This document shows positions 11,101 through 23,100 of a DNA stretch of 64,000 bases, piece after piece. The DNA comes from Cenarchaeum sp. (lineage in GTDB: Archaea; Thermoproteota; Nitrososphaeria; Nitrososphaerales; Nitrosopumilaceae). The DNA lies in NCBI GenBank assembly GCA_965212015.1, contig OZ243037.1, positions 512,001 through 576,000 on the forward strand, written 5' to 3'. The translations under genes were made by a program, and so were the position numbers. The first letter of the stretch is position 1. Each line of letters starts with the position of its first letter. Below the pieces are notes generated by a model, which saw nothing but the letters and a program-made list of their open reading frames with translations, searched no databases and was not told where the DNA came from.

Positions 11101-14100
11101 TTCAGTAAAGCCGACCACATCCATGTCAAACTCCACCATATAGGATACCGTGGGGCTGTTCGTATGCGTGACGGCGCCCGGCTCGGATGTTATTGTTAAT
11201 GTGGGTACGGGCCTGGTGGTGTCAAGATCGTTTTCGGCCATTTGATTTGCAAAGTCTGCAAGCCGGTTTTCCGCAGCATCCTCGATATCTATTGTTCCGG
11301 TGTAGGAGATTAGCGGCGAGTCGGCATCCGTTATGAGGCCGTTCAGATCCAGCGTTATTGTATTTCCGGTGATGCCAATGGAAGAGACCGACGGGTTTGT
11401 CGCCACGCCGGATATGGTAAAGTCAGATGCCGCACCGCCAGAGACGGGCTCGGATATCTCCAGTATGATGGTGTCAGTATCAGATGCGGTGGCGCCAGTT
11501 ACCGTCGGCGCTATCCTGTCTATCATGCGTGAAATAGTGTTGGATGCGGTGTTTGTATTGCTGTCCATGTCAGTTGCAGCGCCGGCGCGAATCGACACCC
11601 TCAGTTCTCCCTCGTCGACATTGTGGGTTACGGTAAACGTGTAGGTAATATCGTCATTGGTGACGGGGTTTGATGCCGTTAATGTAGCGCCGTCTATGGA
11701 TGCGTCAATGCCGCTCCTATCAAAGCCGCTCACATCCTCGGTAAAGACCACCATGTACGGTATTACTGCAAGGTTGGTAGGCGAGTCAATGTCGGTGGAT
11801 AAAGTGGGTACCGGGGCCGTGGTGTCTATATCATTGGTGGCTGCTTGGTTTGCAAAGTCTGCAAGCCGGTTTGTAGCCGGATCCTCGATGCCTCCGGCAG
11901 TTCTCGTATAGGCGACTATGGGATTGTCGGCATCAGTCAGGGGCTGGGACAGGCTCAGCTCTATTGAGCTGCCAGATACCGCAATGGAGGATACGGCGGG
12001 GTTTGATGCGGCGCTGGATATGGCAAAGTCAGAGGCGACTGCGTTGATATCAGATACCGGCTCTGAGAGATCGAGCCGGATTATGTTCGGGTTTACTACC
12101 TCGGCGCCGGTTACGGTAGGCGGCGTGGCATCTATTACGATTTCAAGCGGCGTTGATGCAAAGCTGAGGTTATCATCCACATCGCGCGCGGCACCCTCCA
12201 GTATGGTGACGGTGACCGTACCGTCGGATGCCCCTCGGGTGACAACAAATTCATAGTTTATGCCGCCGCCCGTCGGTTCTGCCGCCGTGCCGCCGGAGGT
12301 TCCCGTGACGCTTATACCCGTGGAGTTGAATCTGGTTACCGGCTCGCTGAATTGTACTGCATATGTTATGGTCTGGGAGTTTGTGGGATTCGATGACGTG
12401 GTGGTAAAGGCAGTTACCGACGGCCTCGTGGTGTCTATATCGTTGGTGGCGGGTTCATTTGCAAAGTCTGCAAGCGGGTTTTTTGCAGTGTCGTTTATGC
12501 TTCCTGCGGTTCTGGTATAGGAGACCAGCGGCACATCGGCATCCGTTATGAGGCGATTCAGATCCAGTGTTACTGTACTGCCAGATACCGTAATCGAGGA
12601 TACAGCCGGGTTTGTTGCCACATTAGATATGACAAAGTCAGATGCAGTTGCGGAATCATCAGATACCGGCTCTGATATATCCAGTATAATGGTGTCAGTG
12701 TCAGATACGGTGGCGCCAGTTACAGTAGGCGGTGTGGCGTCTGTCATGATTTCAACCGGTGAGGATGCAAAGCTGAGGTTATTATCCACATCGCGCGCGG
12801 CGCCCTCCAGAATCGTGACGGTGACCGTACCGTCAGATGCCCCTCGGGTGACAACAAATTCATAGTCCCTGCCCGTACCCGTCGGTTCTGCCGCCGTGCC
12901 GCCGGAGGTTCCCGTGATGCTTATACCCGTGGAGTTGAATCTGGTTACCGGCTCGCTGAATTGTACTGCATATGTTATGGTCTGGGAGTTTGTGGGGTTC
13001 GATGATGTGGTGGTAAAGGAAGTTACCGTCGGCCTCGTGGTGTCAAGATTGTTGGTAACCGATTCGTTTGCAAAGTCTGCAAGCGGGTTTTCCGCAGCAT
13101 CTTCGATATCTACTGTTCCGGTGTATGAGACTGCGGGATTGTCAGCATCCGTTATGAGGTCGTTTAGATCCAGGGTTACTGTACTGCCGGTGATGTCAAT
13201 CGAGGCGACCGACGGGCCTGATGCTACACCGTTTATGGTAAAGTCAGATGCCGCGCCGCCAGAGACGGGCTCGGATATCTCCAGTATAATGGTGTCAGTA
13301 TCAGATACGGTGGCGCCAGTTACAGTCGGCGGCGTGGCATCTATTACGATTTCAACTGGTGATGATGCAAAGCTGAGGTTATTATCCACATCGCGCGCGG
13401 CGCCCTCCAGTATAGTGACAGTTACGATCCCGTCGGATGCTCCTCGGGTGACAACAAATTCATAGTCCCTGCCCGTACCCGTCGGTTCTGCCGCCGTGCC
13501 GCCGGAGGTTCCCGTGACGCCGATGCCGGCTGCGCTAAAGCCGGTGACGGACTCGCTGAATTGTACTGCATATGTTATGGTCTGGGAGTTTGTGGGGTTT
13601 GATGATGTGGTGGTAAAGGAGGTTACCGTCGGCCTCGTGGTGTCAAGATTATTCATTACTGCCTGGTTTGCAAAGTTTGCAAGCGGGTTTGTCGCCGGAT
13701 CCTCGATGCTGCCGGTCGTTCCAGTATAGGAGAGCAGCGGCAAGTCGGCATCCGTTATGGAATCATCCAGGTTCAGGGTTATTGTGCTGCCGGATACTGC
13801 AATCGAGTCAACCTCCGGGCCAGAGTTTACGCCAGAGATAGCAAAGTCGAATGCTATACCGCCGGAGACGGATTCGGATATCCCCAGTATAATGGTGTCA
13901 GTATCAGATACCGAGGCGCTAACCACCGTCGGCGCTATCCTGTCGACCGTGTGTACAAGCTCGTTTGATGCGGTATTGTTGTTTCCCGCATTATCCGTTG
14001 TGACATTTTCCGGTATTGACACCACTAGTTCGCCCTCGTTTGTACCGTGTGTTACGTCAAACGTGTAGGTGTTGTCCGCACCCGGGACGGGACTTGATGC

Positions 14101-17100
14101 CGTCAGGGGACTGCCGTCTATGGATGCGCTGATATCACCGGCAACAAAGTCGTTTACCTGTTCGTTAAATGCCACGGTATATGATATGGATTCAAGGTTG
14201 GTGGGCAAGTCATCTACGGTGAGGGAGGTTATCTCAACAGTAGGACGTTCCGTATCCACCGTGAGGGCTATGGTCTCCGATTCGGCATTGCCGTTATCCG
14301 CCATGTCCCGTGCGGCATTCTCCCGTATCGATACGGTTACCGGCCCGTCGGATGTGGCAACTAAATCAAACTCGTAAAAGATATCATCGCTTGTGGTGGG
14401 CGTATTGGCAGTCGCGGATCCCTCGATTATAATGTCGTTTCTGTCAAATCCGCCCACCTCCTCACTAAAGGTCACGTTAAACGGTATGGTCCGTAGTCTA
14501 GTGTCGCCGGATTCCGCGCTGGCAAGCGTCAGCGTCGGCGATATGGTGTCAAATATTATCTCTAGGCGATCCGATGCGACGTTTTGGTTGCCTGATCTAT
14601 CCGTCGCCCTGTCTGCAGGTATGAATACCATTACATTACCGTCAGAGCTGTCGCGTTCCACATCAAAGGTATAGATGGAACCGCTCACTGTGACAAAGGT
14701 CGTTACTTCGGGATTGCCGCCGTCTGCGGATCCTGACACCTCAATGTCATCCATATCAAAGCCGTCCACGTCCATGTCAAATTCCACCCTGTAAGATACC
14801 TCGGGGCCGTTCGTATGCGTGGCTCCCGGGTCGGATGTTATTGTTAACGTGGGTACGGGCCCCGTGGTGTCAATTTCATTTTCCACTGTGCGGTCTGTGA
14901 ATGCGGCAAGCGGGTTTTCCGCCAGATCCTCGATGCTGCCAGCCGTTCCGGTATAAGATATTACGGGATTATCCGCATCAGTTATGAGGCTATTCAAGTC
15001 CAGGGTTATTGTACTGCCGGTGATGACAATCGAGGCGACCGACGGGTTTGTTGCCACACCAGAGATGGTAAAGTCAGATGTCACACCGACTGATTCTGAT
15101 TCGGAGAGTAATTCGGATATGTCCAGTATGATGGTGTCAGTATCGGATACAGAAGCGCCAGTTACAGTAGGCGCTATCCTGTCTATCGTGTGTGAAATAG
15201 TGTTGGATGCGGTGCTTGTGTTGCTGTCCATGTCCGTTGCAGCGCCGGCACGAATCGACACCTGCAGTTCGCCCTCGTTGACGTTGTGGGTTACGGTAAA
15301 CGTGTAGGTAGTGTCGTCATCGGTGACGGGCTCTGATGCCGTTAATGAGGCGCCGTCTATGGATGCGTCAATGCCGTTCCCATCAAAGCCGCTCACCGCC
15401 TCGGTAAATTCCACCATGTATGGTATTACTGCAAGGTTGGTAGGCGAGTCAATTTCAGTGGATAAAGTGGGTACCGGGTCCGTGGTGTCGATATCGTTGG
15501 TGACTGTAAAGCCGGCAAAGTCTGCAAGCCGGTTTGTCGCAGGATCCTCTATGCCTCCTGTAGTCCGGGTATAGGAGACCGTGGGATTGTCGGCATCAGT
15601 CAGGGACGGGGTCAGGCTCAGCTCTATTGAGCTGCCAGATACCGCAATGGAGGATACGGCGGGGTTTGATGCGGCACCGGCGATGGCAAAGTCAGAGGCG
15701 ACGGCATTATTATCAGATATCGGCTCTGAGAGATCGAGCCTGATTATGTTCGGGTTTAGCACCTCGGCGCCAGTTACCGTCGGCGGCGTGGCATCTATTA
15801 CGATTTCAACCGGTGAGGATGCAAAGCTGAGGTTATCATCCGCATCGCGCGCGGCACCCTCCATTATCGTGACAGTTACAGTCCCGTCTGAAATACCTCG
15901 GGTGACAGTAAATTCATAGTCTCTGCCGGCACCCGTCGGTTCATTCGCCGTGCCGCCGGAGGTTCCCGTGACGTCGATGCCGGCTGCGCTAAAGCCGGTG
16001 ACGGACTCGCTGAATTGTACTGTATATGTTATGGTCTGCGAGTTTGTGGGATTCGATGATGTGGTGGTAAAGTCAGTTACCGACGGCCTCGTGGTGTCAA
16101 GATTGTTGGTAACCGATTCGTTTGCAAAGTCTGCAAGCGGGTTTTTCGCCAGATCCTCGATGGCGGCGGTTCCCGTATAGGATATTACGGGATTGTCCGC
16201 ATCAGTTATGAGGCCGTTTAGATCAAGGGTTATCGTGCTGCCGGCAATGTCAATCGATGAGACCGACGGATTTGTTGCCACACCAGAGATGGCAAAGTCA
16301 GATGCCGCGCCGCCAGATTCGGAGAGTAATTCGGATATGGTCAGTACGATGGTGTCAGTATCGGATACCGAGGCGCCAGTTACAGTCGGCGGCGTGGCAT
16401 CTACTGTTATTTCAACCGGTGAGGATGCAAAGCTGAGGTTATCATCCGCATCGCGCGCGGCACCCTCCATTATCGTGACAGTTACGGTCCCGTCTGAAAT
16501 ACCTCGGGTGACAGTAAAGGTATAGTCTGTTCCGCTGCCCGTCGGTTCTGCCGCCGTGCCGCCGGAGGTTCCCGATACGTCAATTCCCGTGGCGTCAAAT
16601 CCGGTGACTGTTTCGCTGAATTGTACTGTATACGTGATGGTCTGGGAGTTTGTGGGATCGGGTGATTCTGTCCCAAAGGATGTAATCGCCGGCCGCGTGG
16701 TGTCGATTTCATTGTCCACTGCGCGGTCTGTGAATGCGGCAAGCGGGTTTGTAGCCGGATCCTCGATGCTGCCAGCCGTTCCGGTATAGGAGACCAGCGG
16801 TGAGTCTTCATCCGTTATGGAATCGTCCAGGTTCAGGGTTATTGTACTGCCGGTGATGACAATCGAGGCGACCGACGGGTTTGTTGCCACACCAGAGATG
16901 GTAAAGTCAGATGGCACACCGCCAGATACTGGTTCGGAGATCTCAAGCGTGATGGTGCTAGTGTCAAGTACGGAGGCGGCAATTACCGTCGGCGCTATCC
17001 TGTCGATTGTATGTACAAGTATGTTGGATGCGGTATTGTTGTTTCCCGCATCATCCGTCGCGACATTTTCCGGTATTGACACAGTCAACATGCCCTCGTT

Positions 17101-20100
17101 GGAGTTGTGAGCTACCACATAGGTCTGTGTGTCGCCGATGGTCAGAACGGGGCCTGTCACAGTCGGGGTACTGCCGTCTATGGATGCGGTAATATCAGCT
17201 GCAGTAAAGCCGTTTATTGACTCTCTAAAGGTCACGGTATATGATATGGATTCAAGGTTGGTGGGCAAGTCGGTGACGGTGGAGGAGGCTATCTCAACAG
17301 ATGGACGTTCCGTATCCACCGCAAAGGCTATGGTTCCGGATGCCGCATTGCCGTTATCTGCCACATCCCGTACAGCATCCACCCGTATCGATACTGTCAC
17401 ATCACCGTCTGCGGTGGCAACTATATCAAACATGTACAGGATGTTATCGTCCGTGGTGGGCGTATTTGCAGTCGCGGATCCCACGATTGTTATATCGTCT
17501 GTATCAAAGTCGTCCACCCGCTCGCTAAAGGTCGCGTTAACAGGTATGATACGCAGTCGCGTATCACCTGATTCCGTGCTGGCAAGCGTCAGTGTGGGCG
17601 GTGCAGTGTCAAATGTTATCTCTAGGCGATTCGATGCGACGTTCTGGTTTCCCGACCCGTCTATCGCCATGTCTGCAGGTATGAATACTATTACATTACC
17701 GTCAGAGTCGCCGCGCTCCACATCAAAGGTGTATTCGTCCCCATCCACTGTGACAAAGTTTGATGCCTCGGGATTGCCGTTGTTTGCGGATCCCTCCACC
17801 TCAATGTCATTTCTGTCAAAGCCGGTCACGTCCATATCAAAGGTTACCATATAGGACACCGTGATACTGTTCGTATGCGTAGAGCCCGGGTCGGAGGTTA
17901 TTGTTAATGTGGGTACGGGTCCCGTGGTGTCAATTTCATTTTCCACTGCGCGGTTTGTGAATGCGGCAAGCGGGTTTTCCGCCAGATCCTCGATGCTGCC
18001 AGCCGTTCCGGTATAGGAGACCAGCGGCAAGTCTGCATCCGTTATGGAATCGTCCAGGTTCAGGGTTATTGTGCTGCCGGTGATGTCAATGGAGGAAACC
18101 GACGGGTTTGTTGCCACACCAGAGATGGCAAAATCAGATGCCACACCGCCGGACTCGGAGAGTGATTCTGATATGTCCAGTATAATGGTGTCAGTATCAG
18201 ATACCGAGGCACCAGTTACCGTCGGCGCTATCCTGTCGATTGTATGTACAAGTATGTTGGATGCGGTATTGTTGTTTCCCGCATTATCCGTTGCGACATT
18301 TTCCGGTATTGACACCGTCAGTATGCCCTCGTTGGAGTTGTGAGTTACCATATAGGTCTGTGTGTTGCCAATGGTCGAAATGGGGCCTGTCACAGTCGGG
18401 GTACTGCCGGCTATGGATGCGGTAATATCGCCGGCATCAAAGTCGTTTACCTCCTCTCTGAATTCCACGGTATACGATATGGATTCAGAGTTGGTGGGCG
18501 ATGTTGTTAAAGTTGATATGCCAACAGACGGACGTTCCGTATCTACCATAAAGGCGACAGTCTCTGATTCGGCATTGCGGTTTCCCGCCGCATCTCGCGC
18601 GGCATTCTCCCGTATCGATACTGTCACATCACCGTCGGCGGTGGCAATCACATCAAACATGTACAGGATGTTATCGTCAGTAGTGGGCGCACCGGCAGTC
18701 GCGGATCCCACGATTATAATGTCGTCTGCACCAAAGTCGTCCACCCGCTCGCTAAAGGTCACGTTAACAGGTATGGTTCGCAATCGTGTGTCGCCGGACT
18801 CCGTGCTGGCAAGCATTGCCGTCGGCGATAGGGTGTCAAATGTTATCTCTAGCCTGCTTGATGCTATATTCTGGTTTCCCGCCATGTCCGTTGCCCTGTT
18901 TTCGGGTATGGACACTATGACATTGCCATCAGAGTTATCCCGCTCCACATCAAAGGTATAGGTGGCATCATCCACTGTGACAAAGTTCGATGTCTCGGGA
19001 TTGCCGTTGTTTGCGGATCCCTCCACCATTATATCCCCTTCAATAAATCCGACTACGTCCATGTCAAACTCCACCATATAGGATACCGTGGTACTGTTCG
19101 TATGCGTGACGGCGCCCGGCTCGGATGTTATTGTTAATGTGGGTACGGGCCGAGTGGTGTCTAGATCGTTTGTTGCTATTTGGTTTGCAAAGTCTGCAAG
19201 CGGGTTTGTCGCCAGATCCTCGATGCTGCCGGCATTTCTGGTATAGGATACCACGGGGTCATCGGCATCAGTTATGAGACTGCTCAGGGTCAGGGTTATC
19301 GTACTGCCGGATACTGCAATCGAGGTGACCGTAGGTGTTGATGCCACGCCGTTTATGGTAAAGTCGGCGGCAGTCGCGGATCTGTCAAAGACTGTCTCTG
19401 ACACGTCAAGGCGGATGATGCCGGTGCTAATCACAGAGGCGGAAGTAACTGTTGGCGCTATCCTGTCTATTGTGATGGCAAGCGATTCTGATGCGGTATT
19501 GTTGTTTCCCGCATTATCCGTTGTGACGTTCTCCGGTATTGACACGGTCAATATTCCCTCGTTGACGCCATGAGCTATGTTAAACGTGTAAATTATACCG
19601 TCATCAGAGACGGGATTTGTTGCCGTCAGGTCGTTGTCGTCTATTGATGCATCAATGTCGGCTGCAACAAAGCCGTTTACCTGCTCGCCAAAGTCCACCG
19701 TATACGGTATTACTGCAAGTTTGGTAGGCGAGTCAATTTCGGTGGAAAGAGCCGCGCGCGCACGATCCGTATCCACCGTGCGGGCAACATCCCCGGATGC
19801 CACGTTATCGTTTTCCGCCGCATCCTGCGCCACATCTGCCGGTATCTGTACGCTCACTAGCCCGTCGGCAGTGGCCACTATATCAAAATTGTATACGGAA
19901 TCGCTTTCTGCCTCAAAGCTGTCCTCATCAACGTCTGCCAGTCCCGTCACGGTAATGCCCGTATGGTTAAAGCCGGTTACGGGCTCGCCGAAATCAACGG
20001 TAAACGGTATGGTACGGGAGTTTGTATCTTCCGGCGAGGTGCTAGTCAGGGTCGGTATCGGCGCTATTCTGTCAATTGTATGGTTGAGCCTGTTTGAGGC

Positions 20101-23100
20101 CAGATTCTTGTTCAGACTACGGAACTCGTTTGCCACGCCTTCCGGTATGAAAACGGACACAACGCCCTCCACACTATTATGTGATACGTCAAACGTATAG
20201 GAGTCATCGTCGATTTCGACAAAGTTTTCAACCACGCCGTTTGCACTTCCGGACACCTCGATTCCCGTGTCATTAAAGTTGGTTACAGAATCGCTAAACT
20301 CCACCATATATGATATGGTCAAAAGGTTGGTAGGCGAGGTGACAGTAGAGTTTATGACCGGAACAGGCTGGCCGTCAATAAACGTACTTGCCAATCGGGA
20401 TGCCTCGTTTGGATGTCCGAATTCGTCAGTTGCAACCCCCCTGTCAATGGTTATGTCTATGGTGCCATCAGAGGCCCCGCGCTCCACATTAAAGGAATAT
20501 GACGCACCAGAGCCGGTAAAATTGGAGATTTCCGGATTGGCACCGTTTACGGCTCCCCCCAGAGTGATATCATCGGCCGTAAAACCGGTCAACGGCCTGG
20601 TAAAGTTTATTTGAACTGGCAGGGACAAACCGCGAAAAATACTGATTATATTATCTTCAACTGGCAGTGTTATGACCGGTGCGGACAGCATGGTAAATGG
20701 TACTCCAATGTTGTATTCGTTAATGCGGTCATTGGCAGTTTCTGCCACAAACATTTTGTAGCCGTTTGGAGAGAATACCACGCCTACCGGCTCGTCTCCC
20801 TGATCAGCGACGGCATAGACTCCGGAAAAAGCAATAGTGGACAGATCAAGATTGGATTCGAACGTATATTCGACAATCGTATCGTCCCTTTGCGAGTCTC
20901 CGCTGCTATCCACGATGAACAACTTGCGGTCATCGTCGGAAATCCGTATGTCCTGTGCAAATTCCACGTGTTCAGATATGTTGCGGAACTGAGTCGAGCC
21001 GATGGAGCTGATACCAAAATTTGTGTCTAGCGTAAATTCATAGACCGTATCGGTCGGACTGGTGCCTTTGCTAGTCACAACATACATCTTGTCCCCGTTT
21101 GCAGAAAAATCAAGCCCCCGTATAGTCAGAGGTTGTGTGTCAGGATTACCTGCAAAAAACGGAGCTATGTCAAAGGATACTGGTGTGCCGATAGGATCTG
21201 CCGAAAATTTGTTTTGAAGCGGATATCGATGGATGTCACCGTCGGATTCTATAATAAACATGTTGCCGCCATCGTTGTCAAACACAACGTCGATTGCACG
21301 AGAGGTGCCATCTAGGAATCGATCATCCGTAAAAATTTCGAGAACAGACAAGTCAAAGGCGGGTAATCTAAGGGAGGTCTCATAAATACGGTCCGAGTTG
21401 TATACATGAAACAGGTTTCTTCCGTTATCGGAGAAATATATTCCACGTATATCATCTTGGAAGTTTGCCGCATTACGGGAATGAACAAATTCATAGATGG
21501 GCAGCCTCAGGGCGGCAGTCCTGGTAACAATGTTTGTTCCGTCACATATGGTAATATCCATGCTGCCGGTGCTGCCCGGATTGTGCGGAACATTGACACT
21601 TATCATCCCGTTTGGCAAAAGATTCTCAACTGTCAGAAAATCGGTGACAGGGTTAGAATAGGTGAGTACGTCGCCGTCCTCATCGGATGAAAACACGTTC
21701 AAGTCTATGGTGGATGCGCCCTTGTACAGCAGGACGGTGGGGATTACGGGATCGTTGTTGTCCGGCCTGTTCTGGCTTGTCACAGTCAGGGTGTACTGTA
21801 CGGATATGGTGTTTGCAGGATCGACAAAGCCGTCATCAGACACCAGCACATCAAACGTAAAGGATCTGCTTCCCCCCTCGCATCCGACTACATCGTACGG
21901 GACTGATCCCTGGAGTGTTACCGGGATTCGTCCCGGGAGTGTTCCCTGGATTGTTCCCGACAGGCGCCCCACGTTGTCTGTCAAATCGTCTGGAATTTCG
22001 ATTCCCAGCCAGTCCGGTGCGCCATCGAGCCTGTACGATAAAATATCCAGGTTTATGTCAGATACGGAAAAGTCAATTTGTTCAGAGTCAATGACGGTTC
22101 CCTCCGGTATTGTCGCCGCATCCGGTATGGTTACAAACCTAGGCAGGCTCGGTGTAGTGTCTGGCCCACGCAGCGTCATGCTCAGCGGTATATAGTCCTC
22201 CCCGTTGCATACGCCGTACGTGAGCTCGCTTGGCGTACTTCCCGGATTTTGCGTTATGGAAAGAATGCCTGCCTCATCGACTGATGCCGCAGAAATTATG
22301 CCGCCGGGGGATACGGCCGCATCATGGTATGTCAGGGTATCGTCGTCTTTATCTGTGGTATACAGGGACAGGTCGATAGTCGTTGCACTGGCACGAATGC
22401 TCAGGGAATCAACGGTGGCACGCGACGGGGAGTTTGAGGGATTCGGCGAGCTTGTCACGACAAGTTCATATTCTAGTACCGCGTTATCCGACTCTATGCC
22501 GGTAAACCCGTCATCAGATGCCAGTACATTAAATTCTAGTCTATCATTAGCAGAGCATAATACGACATTATACGGTATGATGCCCTCAAGCTGTCCCGTG
22601 TTTGTGTCAATTGACATCCAGCTAGGAGCACCAAACAGCCTGTATGTTATTTGTCCTCCATCTATATCAATGGCAGTAAACTTTAGTCTAGGTTCGTCTC
22701 CAAGATCAGTGCCCTCAGGCAGGCTCACAGATGGCGAATTTTGAAAGACCGGTGGTGATGTGTTTTCCACATATTCATAAACGCGGTTGTGCTGCGTGCC
22801 TGTAATGAACATCCTGGTGCCGTCAGCTGAAAACTCTATGCCCGACAGTGATGAATCCCGATCTATGGTACGACTGCCACGAAGATCATCACTGACAATA
22901 GCATTTTCATTGCCATTATATTCACTGATGATGTTATCACGTATGACGAACACCCTTTCGTAGTCATCCGCGATTGCAACATCCTGATGCATGTGTGCCG
23001 ACAGATGACTGCTAATAGGATTGAATAAGGCGACAAAATCAATGCTGCGGATATCAAAATTATCTCTCATGGGATACACATAATAGTTTGGATCATTTCC

